A stretch of DNA of 64,000 nucleotides, from positions 39,928,001 through 39,992,000 of the forward strand of contig JANJGN010000017.1 of the NCBI GenBank assembly GCA_026770705.1. Reading direction: 5' to 3'. The notes below the pieces were generated by a model that saw nothing but the letters and a program-made list of their open reading frames with translations, did not search any database and had not been told where the DNA came from. The translations under genes and the position numbers were made by a program. Position 1 is the stretch's first letter, and every line of letters starts with the position of its first letter. This DNA comes from Isurus oxyrinchus (lineage: Eukaryota). Positions 23,819-35,639 of the stretch are shown here, one piece after another.

Positions 23819-24519
23819 GGGCTGAATTTTGCCATTGGCTAGCAGGGGGTGGGGCCCGTTCGCCAACGTGCAAAATGAAGTGGGATGACGTCAGGCGGAA
23901 CCCCCGATGTCATTCCGCCCCATTTAAATTTTCAGGAAGGCAGGCGCACAGCGAAATGAACTGTGCGCCTGCCGACCTGTCAATGGCCAATTGAGGCCAT
24001 TGACAGGATAATTAAAACAATTAAAGGACCTGCCCGTCCAACCTTAAGGCTGGTTGGCAGGCCAGGAGCCCCAGTGGGCTTCTGAAAAAACATGAAACCT
24101 CATCAAGCGGCGGGATGAGGTTTTATGTGGGGTTTAAAAAACTTTAATAAAGTTTTAGTGAAATTAATAACATGTCCCATCTCATGTGATATTGTCACAT
24201 GAGGGGCCATGCTAAGGATTTTTTTGTTTTTCTGTTTTTAATGTTTGAACAACTTTCAGCAATCTCCCTGAGGCAGCATTTAGCCTCAGGGAGATGTGCG
24301 CCCTTTCACACGTATGTGCGAAAGAGCGCACTCTCGCATTTGGGAAATCCCCCCCCCCCCCACCCGCACAGGAAGCCGGACGTCACGCTGGGCGGGCCTT
24401 AATTGGCCTACCCACGTAAATTGGCAGCAGGCAGGGCCCACTTCTCTGGCAGGGATCGGCTCCCCGCCCGCCGGAGATTGGGTTGGGCCCGCCTGCCCTA
24501 CAGGCAGCAAATTCTGCCC
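23819..24519 (+). mobile_element. PIF/Harbinger-type MITE, full length
   Basis: TIRs gggctgaattt / aaattctgccc; TSD ACT (23816-23818 and 24520-24522); internal hairpin cctgtcaatggcc...ggccattgacagg. Confidence 0.9.
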
Positions 24520-24716
24520 ACTGTTTCTAAACTTCACGTCGCTAGGTGACACATTTCACCCCTCCTTTGAAAACAACCTAGCCTGGTTTATTTAAAAATA
24601 CAAATATTCCCTTGACAGCTACGTTTCTAAACTTCCCCATGTTTACCTAATTAACATTTCAAACCTAACTTCTCTTACGTGAAAGCACCCAGACTATTCG
24701 CTTCTAATTCAATTAA

Positions 24717-24717
<1 letters not shown>

Positions 24718-24792
<75 letters not shown>

Positions 24793-24798
24793 GAGAGA
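24718..24798. repeat. Compound microsatellite (CT)n(CA)n(TA)n(GA)n
   Basis: Directly visible. Confidence 0.97.
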
Positions 24799-25457
24799 GC
24801 AATAGTGTGATATGTCTATTTTACAATAAATTCCAATAATAATATGGGAATTATATCTTCCAACAGGCAAACATATTGCTTAAGAGGTATCCAATCACAG
24901 CACTACCAAAATTCATCATAATGAACACAGATATGCTCATGCTACAGCATCTCATTGTGAAATGAAAGGAGACAAAACTGTTTTACTTAACTTTTAACTT
25001 TTCTTGCCTCCAATCTATGGTTCGCACCTCCAGGCAGTTGGCGTAAACCCGGCAGCTGCTAAGGTCCGGCTGCCTTCATGAAATTTTTTTTTAAAACTTA
25101 CCCGGGGCTGGAGGGAGCTCATTGAGAGAATGCTGTTAATTGCCTCCTTTATGGGAGCGGGCACGTTCCAGGGCCTGCTATCTTTCCCATCCGTGTGAAA
25201 ATGGCCGAGGACGGGAGTGGATGCTGGAATTGCGGCCACCCTACTTGTTGGCCTCTTTTTTTTTTTTGGTTCTGCCTCCTTTTGACCAGATCAGGACCAT
25301 GAAAATCTGGCCCCTTGTTCTGGAACCATGGGAAGTAGGTGGTGCTGAGTTATACTGTTAGATCCCTGTCATTCTCTGGGCAAGCGTGCAGGAATGTGCT
25401 ATGAGCACTTGTGCAGGTGTGCAGAACTTTACTCAGGGATGTTCAAAATATAATTTT

Positions 25458-25765
25458 TTTATTCCTTCGTGGGAAGTGGGCGCCACTGCCTTGGCCAGCA
25501 TTTATTGCCCATCCCTAATTGCCCTTGTTGAGAGGGCATTTTTAAGAGTCAACCACATTGCTGTGGGTTTGGAGTCACATGAGGGCCAGACCAGGTAAGG
25601 GTGGTAAATTTCCTTCCCTAAAGGACCTCAGTGAACCAGATGGGTTTTTTGCAACAATTGGCAATGGTTTTGTGGTCATCATCAGACTTTTAACTTTATT
25701 AAATTCAAATGTGAACATCTGCCATGGTGGGATGAGAACCCGGGTCCCCAGAGCATTACCCTGAG
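25458..25765 (-). mobile_element. tRNA-derived SINE (same family as 6385-6728)
   Basis: Shared body agagtcaaccacattgctgtgggtttggagtcacatg and shared tail. Confidence 0.88.
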
Positions 25766-25844
25766 ACCTCAAGTCCAAAATGAAAGTCTTAAACAGAAGC
25801 AAAATACCCTGAAGGCTGAAAAATAATGTTTGGGAACACAGGAC

Positions 25845-26030
25845 TTAGGAACAGGAGTAAGATTCGACCCTTTGAACCTGCTCCGCCATTTAGTAAGCTC
25901 ATGGCTGATCTGATTGTGGTCTCAAATTACTTTGCTGTCTGCCCCCCCACCCCCCCCCCCCTCGTAATCTTTGATCCCTCTGTCTAAACAATCCATCTTA
26001 CTCCCCCTTGATTAATTTAAGTGACACAGC
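25845..26030 (-). mobile_element. CR1 3' tail
   Basis: taggaacaggagtaagattcgaccctttgaacctgctccgccatttagtaagctcatggctgatctg. Confidence 0.75.
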
Positions 26031-26331
26031 CTCCAGAGTTTTCAACTGAAAAAGAGAAATGTCTGTCAGCCTTCATGGAGAGAGAAACAGAGTTAACGTG
26101 TCGAGTTTTGAAACCCTGCCTGATTAAATACCCCACCCTAGCATCATCAAACTTGCCACGGTTGAGGGCACAAGATTCCGCCCAGTGTTTCAGATCTGTG
26201 TCTTTAGCAGACGTAGCAGCATCTGCTGAGTATTTTCAGCATTTTTTCTTTTTAGTTATGAAAGTCTTGAAGATTGCCCAACTTTTTTTTTAAAAAGGTT
26301 TGCTTACCATTAAAAGACGTAAAGCTTAGGC

Positions 26332-26742
26332 CAGTGCTTCCACAGCTTTTTCCCAGTGTGACCCCATTTTAATGCCTCACAATTTGTGTGACCCCCCCCC
26401 CAAGAGTTGCGGTTAGTTCCAGCTACTGAATGCTGGGGGTGGGAGGGGCGGGCGCTAGGTTAGCTTCAGACCCTCAGTAATGGTGGGGGGTAAGTTCAGC
26501 GTGGTGGGAATTGTTTAAACTGCAGGATTTTTTAAAAAAAGCAATCACCTACCTTTTCACAGGCTTTTATTTTGCCTTGAAGATCTGTCTGTTAGGTCAC
26601 ACCCATCATTAGAGAAAAATACAAGGATTTAGAATTCAGTCTGAACTCCATGACAGCCATTGCTACTTCGGAGCTTTTACGACCCCAAAATCTTGTCTTG
26701 TGACTCCATTGGGGGTCATGACCCACAGTTTGGGAAGCCCTG
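26332..26742 (+). mobile_element. hAT-type MITE
   Basis: TIRs cagtgcttcc / ggaagccctg; 8-bp TSD gcttaggc / gcttaggt (7 of 8 match); subterminal gacccc motifs. Confidence 0.8.
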
Positions 26743-27464
26743 GCTTAGGTGGCCTTGCATTTTTTTCCCCCCAAAATGCTGTGTAGCCCTAATTCAGCAA
26801 CTTCACTCCTCACTAGGCCAGATGTAATCAACTTTCAATTCTTGCATTGGATTTGTGAGGTCAGATTTATGTGTGAACTTGAAAGTATTTCAAAATGTTT
26901 CTTCAAAAGAATTAAATATTTAAAAAAACTTTCTCACTGACAGGATAAGTGGGGAATTTTATTTTGATCTCTGTCTTGCAGTGTGCTAAGTTAATAAAGC
27001 GGGTTGTTGATGAACTACCATTTATTTTAGAAGAGTTTTGCTCATTTTGTACCCACTGCTGTCATCAGTTGTGGTGCTAAAGCTGTAGAGTGCATAGAAA
27101 CTGAAGTGGCTAATTCTGCTGCGTTGTAAATAAAGCCAAGATTGATATCTTAACCCCTCTGAGAACGGCTTTACTTTAGAGATGAGAAAATGCTCACATT
27201 TCCTGTCCTTTTTTTGGGGGAAAAAATTACTCTTTATTACCCCTCAGGCTAAAATATAGCATAAGATTAGAGGAACGTTGATTGAAGAATGCTTACTGTT
27301 GGGAGAATTGGGGAAGCCATTATTTGACTCTGATCCAGAAAGTAATTACTATATATTTCTTCAAAGGTTAACCATTTTGATTTTGCAGCAAAGATTTTAG
27401 ACCAGCTTGTATTTTCTGTGTTTCAGTATTAACTTCTTGACGGATTTATTTTTAATTTTAATTT

Positions 27465-27740
27465 TCCGAAGGTGAAGCAAGCCTCGTGAAATCTTGCCCA
27501 GGATTGGCACAGGTTTTGGTGTCCTGTTCCCAGCTGGCCAGAACTGGACACTCTCTCTTATGGTTCCCCTTGGCTTAGTCGCTGCCAGTACTCTCACCAC
27601 TTGTCCTCGGTTCACGAGACATTACTGTTGACTGTTTTATTCTTGCTTCAGGTACTTGACAGTCGAGAACGTGTTCTTGAGTTTGTTGGGGTGCAGAATT
27701 GCTGTGCAATTGTAAAATTATTTTGCTTTCTGTTTTTCTT
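27465..27740 (-). pseudogene. ITIH-like unit 3: extreme C-terminus
   Basis: QQTQEHVLDCQVPEA / NRGQVVRV...ESVQFWPAGNRTPK / GQDFTRLASP, comparable with ITIH5 SQNLTHPLLLQVGEGPEA..KGHQVPV...EQIDCWFARNNAAK..GEYKDYLASHP. Confidence 0.65.
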
Positions 27741-28559
27741 TTTCTTTTGTTGCTGATGGCTTTTTTCACAAGTTGTAACTATTGCAAGTAACTAAAACAT
27801 TGAAAGAAAAGCCGCAATCTAAACCTGCAAATTATTTTTGCGTTGAATTTGATGTTTATTTTGGCTAATTACCTACAGCTTATTGTTCTGCTTTGCCATC
27901 TATAATATTATCAGTGAATAGCTGTGTTGTTTGGATGCACCTATCCATCAAAATTCTTCCTGTTTGTATATCATTGTACTTGGTGCTTACTGAAGTATTT
28001 TTTTTCATTCATTCATGGGATGTGAGCTTCACTGGCTGGGCCATCATTTATTGCCCATCCTTAGTTGCCCTTGCGAAGAAGGTTTAAAATTGAATGAGAG
28101 TATTTTTGCTACTGTTGAAGACACGTAGTCCCATGTTTGGATATGTCAATTTATTGAGAAAGCCTTTTTAAAAAAAATTATGCTATGTTAATCCATTATT
28201 GGCTTGTAATATTTCCTGCTGGGTTTGACAGCAAGCCTCAATTTTTGTTGCTAACAGCCTCATGGTGGCTGGTGTCTCAAATGCAATTTTGATTCTTGCA
28301 TACCGTGGGGGGAGGGAGAAGATCTTTAAACATGCGTGGAATGCAGCATGTCAAAGCATTTCATGAAGGTGGGGGATATTTATTATGGAATACCTGACCT
28401 TGAGATAATTAGTTTTCTGCCCTGTATTGCAAGCAAAATTCTAATGGATTATTCATTATGGCCTTTTAATGAGATAGGGTGAGGAGACATTTCCTGTTTC
28501 TTCTGGTGTTACCACAAACTTTGTAATGGATTGTTTATTGCAATTGGATAAATATTAAT

Positions 28560-29069
28560 AGATGTCCTGGCTACAAACAGTTCTGTATTCCTCGTAAAGA
28601 GGACATTCTGTTAATTAAAGCACAAGGTTATGGTAGCCCAACCAATAGTCATGGCTTTCCTAAATGTTTGTTTAAGTGTATGAACTGTAATTGATGGGGG
28701 GGTAACTAACTGGGGAGTTAATTTATTCAAATGACTTCCATGCGTTTGTATTTATAATTGACTGTTGGAAATCTCTGGATACAGAGAAAGCCTTTGTGCA
28801 TTGTAGAATAGCAATGTTTTTGAAAGTTACGCAACTGAAACAACCGTGAATTGAAGTCCTGGAATGCCACTTGACTGCAAGATAGCTCTGTGTGGAATGT
28901 ACACCGTTATAGAACTTTAACTTCCTGATGAACTGGCCTCGGACCACATGGCATTGCGGAGATGCTAATTGATACGGTGCAAGACAATGCCTGCAGGCTT
29001 CTGTATAACAAGGTGCTGATCTCCGTCGTACTGTTATGGCACAGGTCCGAGCAAAGACCATTTGCCTCT
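28560..29069 (-). pseudogene. ITIH-like unit 3: C-terminal domain
   Basis: Acceptor tttctttctcccctgtag (AG at 29070-29071). Then YDGDQHLVIQKP (DGDQHL at 29010-29027; cf. VDGDPHFIIQIP), GIVLHRI, VVRGQFIRKLKFYNGVHSTQSYL (cf. TVNGELIGAPAPPNGHKKQRTYL), QRLSL, WLGYH, NRMSSLRGI. Confidence 0.72.
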
Positions 29070-29443
29070 CTACAGGGGAGAAAGAAATATTAGGGGGAGT
29101 GTCATCTTGGAGCTCTCTGGGATGTCTTTTGATGAACAGCAGCCAGCATTGGGCAGAAGCTAGTTGTGAGATTTTTAGTCATGAGTCAGCCACATACCCA
29201 GTTATGGCCTTGTGGTAGTAACATAACCATAACTAAAAGCCTGTCCTATTACTGATTTCAAGGCGGCTGCTATGAGCACTGAAGTTATCTTTAGAGTGAC
29301 ACCAACAAGTGATCTCAGGCAATCACCTGTCAGAAGTCTGATGCTTCACATTAGGAAAAATAAGTATTGATTTGTTGTAGGCTGGCCGAGTTGTACTGTT
29401 AGTGATAGAGTTGATTTGCAGACATTTCTTGGGTGGAAACATT

Positions 29444-30147
29444 GGGCTGAATTTTCCCCTCGTCCGGGGGGGGGGAGGGGTGGGGTGTTGATGGGTGAGC
29501 ACGTATGGGTGTGCTTTCGATCGGAACCCCCGATCGGAGGCGCGCTGCCATTTTACGTGGGTGGGCCAATTAAGGCCCACCTAGCATGACGTTCGCATGG
29601 AAGCGCTCCCTGTGCGGGTGGGGGGAGTCCCTAAATTGAGAGTGCGCTCTTTCACGCATGCGCACAAAAGAGCGCACTCATCTTCCTGAGGCTAAGTGCT
29701 GCCTCAGGGAGATCGGCTCTAAGTGTGAAAAAGCCAAAAATAGAAAAATAAAATTTTCCTTACATGTTCCCTCATGTGACAATCAATGTCACATGAGTTG
29801 GGAAATGTCCATAATTTTCACAAAACCTTTATTTAAATTTTTAAAAGCCTACATGAAACCTCATCCTGCCCGTGGATGAGGTTTGTTTTTTCTAGTTACC
29901 GCCGGGGCTCCTGGCCTGCCCGCCAACATTAAGGTTGGATGGGCAGGTCCTTTAATTACTTAATTAACCCTGTCAATGACCTCAATTGGCCATTGACAGG
30001 TCGGCGGGCGCACAACTGATTTTGCTGTGCTCCCGCCTTCCTGAAAATTTAAATGGGGCGTAGTGACGTTGGGAGTTCCACCGCGTGTCATTTTACACAT
30101 TGGCGAGCGGGTCCTGCCCTCATTCGCCGATTCATAAAATTCTGCCC
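29444..30147 (-). mobile_element. PIF/Harbinger-type MITE, inverted relative of 23819-24519
   Basis: TIRs gggctgaatttt / aaaattctgccc; TSD ATT (29441-29443 and 30148-30150); internal sequence is the reverse complement of the 23819 copy. Confidence 0.9.
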
Positions 30148-31466
30148 ATTAAGTTTATTTGCAATATACTCAGCAACAACCATATGTATGCTTCTGGCTC
30201 CAACTCTATCTCTACGCTGACTGCAGAGGTAGCCCACGCTACCCTCCTATTGGTTACTACAGACCATGTGATCTTTCCTAACAAGTATTATTCTTAAAGG
30301 TACATTACACACTAAATAAACCATAATTGCTACATGACTAAAGTGTAAAAATCCTGATTTGAAACTCTAACAAAATGGTATGTATTTTTATGTTAGAACA
30401 AATTCTGATAGCTTGATGTAACACCCTTCAAAGTTAAATGATCCCAAAAACCTCACAACAGTTCTCTGACTGTGATCTTCTGTAAATCTTTCCTTTGCCC
30501 TAAATGGTGGCAGAGCCTTCAGCTGCCTGGGTTCTTCGCTCTGCAGTTCATTCTGCCTTTCTCCTTTTGAAAACTCTCAAACTCTTCAACTAAGTCTTTA
30601 GTCACTACCCCCCACTCACAATTTCCCAGCTCAGTAGTCAGTTTCTGAAGTGTCTCGTCAAGTTCTTAATGTTAAAGGCACTATGTAAGCTCAAGTTGTT
30701 ATTTTTGTCTATGTGTACTAACTGCGTATGGGTGTTAATGCAGCTATCACCTTCCTTCTTATTTCCTTCTGCTGGAGAGTAAGCGAAAGCAAGAAAACAG
30801 TGCTGAGTTCAGTTTCTCAGAATATTCTTTGTGATAAATAAAACCCTATATTAAATCTTTAGCTCCTATGGTAAGAACCTTTTCTGCATGTAAGAGAACT
30901 TTTAGGCCTACTATTAGCAGAAGCCTAGGAGAAAGCCATCTGCTCTGCCTAGCAACCAGAAAGGATCCCTAATTTGGGGAAAACTGAGAAAATGGGAAAG
31001 GATTGGACTATTATAAAAATCATTCTTTGTGAAATTTTGTATAAAATGACCAGTACATTGAAAAAATATTTTATGTGAATTGTTAGTGAATTCTGACTGT
31101 TACTCAATATTGAAAATAATAGGAGCATTAGTTTATCAGTGTCACCTAATTACAAGGGTTGTAAAGGCACACCTATGCTACAGCTCTGCGGAACTACATG
31201 TGCTATGGCCTGAATCATCACAGGCACTTTGTACTATTGAGTTTGCGTTCTGGTACAGTGTAACCTTTTGATTCTTGCATCACAAAATCCATGGGCCTGA
31301 TTTTAGCACAGTGCAAGTTTTGAATAAGTTAAAATCTTGCCCCATGCGTTAAACACTATGATGGTACCGTGTGTTGCTTGTCACTGAAGTAACTATTTTG
31401 CTGGTTGTGCCTGAAATACTGGAGAAACAGGTTTGTATACCTGTTTCATTCCTCTAATGTACATTG

Positions 31467-32941
31467 GGGCAGAATTTTACATCCCACAGGCGCACGCACG
31501 CCCGACCTGATTCGAGCGAATGGCCTGACCTCAGCGCGCACTCACGCAATATTTCACCCCACCAGATCCTCCCACACATCTCGCTGGACAGCCAGCATCT
31601 GCCACTGAATGGACGACTCCGGAGGCTCATCATCAGCCTTTGACTGAGCATCATCCTAGTCCCCAGCAGTCCTCCAGCTGCTGGCGCTCTGGGCACTCTC
31701 TGCCTCCACCTGTGCCTCAAGTGAGTGTGATGTGCCCTCGCCAATGTGCACCGGGATACTAGCCACCGAACTAATGCCCACCAAGTTGCTGGCATCTGCG
31801 CTGGTGTCTGCTTCAGAAAGCGGGTGTGACCCCTTTGGGGTCGGCAGAACGAACACCTGCTGATGAACCTAAAAGGGAGAACAAGGACATGTCAATGGTT
31901 AAAGTCATTATACTGTCACCATGCATGCCAGGCACCCTGGTGAGACAATGGAGATCTGCGTCATGGTGCCATCGTCTTTCAATGATCAATGGGGAATCCA
32001 GGTTTGAGGTTTCCATCAGTGAAGAGACTACACTAGAATGGTTGCACAATCCGAAACTCTCACCCTTGTGCACTGCACTCTTACCTTTGCCTGGCACCCC
32101 CATCTCTCCACGCTCAGTTGCACGCGGAGCATGCCGGCTATTGAACACCAGGGCATCTTGCTCGAACCTGCTGAGCAGCAGGAGGTTGGGCTGCCCTCTC
32201 TGCCTGGTTACGGCTTGTCTTCTCCTGAAGAACAGAGGAGCATTGATTAGTCGACTCTTTACCTGCAGCACCATTGCAGTCTGGCCAATTCCAGCTGAGG
32301 AACACCTCACAGGGCACATCCGAGTCATGGCTCTCAAGCCACAAGGCTCTCAGTCCAAGCAGCCAGGGCTCACCCCCTTGGCTAGTTCCGGTGCCATTGA
32401 CAGTTGGCACTCAGACCCTAGCACCCCTGAGGTCCACAGGGGGATGGCCACACCTTAACACTTCTGCACACTGACCCATGCCAACACGGTGCTCACCCTT
32501 CCTGAGGGCAGCAGGTCATTGAAACGCTTCCGGCACTGCACCCATGTGCGCCGCACCACATCATGGCTGCTCACCATTGCTGCAACTTCTTCCCATGCCC
32601 TCTTGGTGAGGTGCGATGGCCTTTCTCTTCCCATTCCTGAAGATAATGGTTTCCTTCTTGGCAGCCACCTCCTCCAGGAGGATGGCGACGCACTTGTTGG
32701 AAAAGCAGGGGGCCGAGTGCCCACCTGACCTGCCCTCCCACCTGCTGTGCCCAGCTGCACCCGACTCCATTGGGAACGCTGAATACACATCCTTCCATGG
32801 CAGCCTTCCGGAGGCCATTGGACCCGGCGGCCGACAGGCCCCCCACCCGTTCCCGCCAGTGTGAAATCATGGCCGTGGGCCGATCACGGGCGGTGGACTG
32901 TTTCCCAGCCGTGCTTGCCTGACAAGCTCAAAATCCGGCTC
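31467..32941 (-). mobile_element. PIF/Harbinger element carrying a frameshifted Myb/SANT-like gene
   Basis: TIRs gggcagaatttt / aaaatccggctc, flanked by ttg and tta. Minus frames give APCFSNKCVAILLEEVAAKKETII and TKRAWEEVAAMVSSHDVVRRTWVQCRKRFNDL (about 32500-32720). Confidence 0.85.
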
Positions 32942-34659
32942 TTAGTTTTTCCGAAGAGGCAGGTTGATTTTTAAACTGCGTTTTGTTGAGCTCCCTTAAA
33001 AAAAAAATAAATTCTTAAGAAGTTTTATAAAAAGAAGTGTACAAAAAAAAAATTGTTTCCTGTACTTAGTGCCTAAAAGGGCCACAGCATTTGGCGTTAC
33101 CATCAATGTGCACCACATCCACTGTTAAAGCTTTTAAAAGTGCTGCCAGTATTGCAAAGCCTCAATTATGCCAATAGATGCAAAGAGAAAGGAATTAAAA
33201 TAAGAGACAACTATGCTTAAAGTGATTTAATTAATTTTTAATCAGTGGGAACCCTGGGCTTTCAACTGTTAGTGAGGCCTCAAGTAAAATAATGATTTTT
33301 AACCATTCATTTGGGAGCATTGTCTCTGTGGGACTCACTGAAATATATCACAATAGTGTTCTGGTGAGTTGGATTCTAATATGCTTATTAAAATTTGATG
33401 GAACTCATAATGAAGTAAATTGTGAAATGACTACAGGCTTTGGATCGTGACATGAATGACCTGCTTGCAATGCTACAAGCAAACCCTTATTAACAAGTGT
33501 TCCTTTTTAAAAGCATAGCTTTAATTTTATTTTTTTTTCGTTTTCATCTGGCTTTGAGCTTCTTGAAAACATTGTAACCTCTTCATAGGGGCAGATTTTC
33601 ATTTTAAAACACAGGCGTCATGTGCAAAGGTAATTTTTTTTAACAAAAGTCACGATGCAACTGTTAGTGAAAGCTGAGGAGTGTTTTGCTGAACGCTTGT
33701 ATTGAGACTGAAACTATGCATAGTATCTTAAGTCAGCAGCTTTATATGGTGTTATCTCATTAAATTTTCAGAGAAAAGCTGCAAGCAGCTAATTGGAAGC
33801 ATGTAATAGTTTAGGCCATGAGCTGTCTTATGGCGTAATAAATTACTGAAGGAGAAGACAGTTTTATACACTTACAGAGGGTGAAGTAGTTTACGTTTAA
33901 TGAGTTTTTAGAGAATATTTGATAGAAACATTGAACTCTTTAATCATTACAGCCTCACTCTAAACTATTTAGAGTTACTTTATGAATAGCATTAATTCCA
34001 GCAATAGTTGCAATAATTCATTTATCACAAGTTAATGACTTGCAGATAAGAATGAGACTGAAATGTAATTTTTTCTGTAACATTGGCTATTCTCATTCAT
34101 TATATGTAATAGTTGGATTTGCAGTTTCAACAGAGAACATTGCTTCTACAGCATTGGTGTGGATTTGTTTTCTGAAATGGGCAATGTCTGCAGTGGTTAT
34201 AGGGCATTGTCTAGAGAAATTTGTAGATGCAGGTATATGCATTATATACATTTTATTACAGGGGAGAAGTAATTGGAAATTTTAACTCAATGTAATCACT
34301 TAATCAGAAAGTAATAATGTCAGTATTATCTTGAGAATAATCCCGATGCAAATGCTAGGAAAATCAACGTGGAATAGGTCATTTTTTTTGCGCTTTCATT
34401 GCTTACTGAAAGCAAACTCATGCACACACCTGTCCCTACTTAAATTTGCAGATTAAATGGCCAAACTGACCCATTTTTCATCCAGTTACCTACATAATAA
34501 CATACTAACAGATGCTGGAAATCCAGTCCCTTCTGGCTCAATGTGTGACTGCCAACTCCTGTTCATGTAAACTGTGAACTAGGTAAATTGCCACAGCACA
34601 AGGGCTGACATTTAATGGCAGATCAAACTGTGCTCATGATGGACTATTCATTTTTTTAA

Positions 34660-35080
34660 AAAATTATTCAGGGGATGTGGGCTTCGTTGGCTGGGTCAGC
34701 ATTTATTCCCCATCCCTAATTGCCCATGAGAAGGTGGTGGTGAGTCGCCTTCTTGAACTGTTGCAGTCCCTAAGGTATAGGTACACCCACAGTGCTGTTA
34801 TCCAAAATCCAGGATTTTGACCCAGCGACAGTGAAGCAACAACGATATATTTCCAAGTCAGGATGAGAGTGGCTTGGAGGGGAACTTCCAGGTGGTGGTG
34901 TTCCCATCTATCTGCTGTCGTTGTCCTTCTAGATGGTAGTGGTCGTGGGTTTGGAAGGTGCTGCCTAAGGAGCCTTGGTGAATTTGTGCAGTGCATCTTG
35001 TAGATGGTGTACACGCTGTGTGTTGGTGGTGAAGGGAGTGAATGTTTGTGGATATGCCAATCACGTGGGCTGCTTTGCTT
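34660..35080 (-). mobile_element. CR1-type LINE 3' end (same family as 1712-2525)
   Basis: Reverse complement of the tail and RT end (TIYKMHCTNSPRLLRQHLPNPRP). Confidence 0.9.
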
Positions 35081-35124
35081 AGGGATTAACAATCATATAA
35101 TTTTGAAACATCTTTCCGTACAGT

Positions 35125-35420
35125 GGGTGGAATTTAATGCCCTCCCTGTGGCAAGTTTGGTGGCATGGGGGGGCATTTAATCAGGCGGGAGAGTGGCAAC
35201 TGGGGACTGCGCTAGTTGTGCAGAAAAGGCCTGTGGACACGCCATGAATTGAGCCCTGAAGTGGGCAATTAATGCCAAACTAAGGGCTTCATCCCACCGC
35301 TGCTAGTATTAAGCCAGCAGCAGGTGGGGGATCCTCACCATGCTGGGAGCACAAGGAGCAAACTCCAGGAGAGATCCCTTGTTCAAATGCAGTCAGTACC
35401 TGATCAAGGGACCCGGTGGT
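35125..35420. mobile_element. Harbinger-type MITE fragment
   Basis: Begins gggtggaatttaatgccc; GC-rich; second terminus not found. Confidence 0.5.
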
Positions 35421-35639
35421 TTTTAATTACGCCATTGGCTGTTTGAGTTATTAAACTGAGGAGGGGGTAGCATAAACCCAAGGTACATCCATAGCCAGTC
35501 CCTTTGATTGGTTATATATTTTCATTGAGTTGCTTCATTGCTTGGCAGGAAGCAGTGGGAGTGAAACTGAAGTAGTTCAGATAGGCTGATAGAAAATTGA
35601 CAGGCTGATTTACATCCTAAGCGATTTCCTTTTTTGTTG

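Noticed and set aside
27471-27651. Apparent plus-strand exon (ttttccgaag|GTGAAG ... cttcag|gtactt)
   Set aside because: All three plus frames hit stops. The coding-like composition is better explained by the minus-strand ITIH C-terminus.
31826-32458. Longest ORF in the window (210 aa, plus strand)
   Set aside because: It is antisense to a GC-rich Harbinger Myb/SANT element and has no recognisable protein features.
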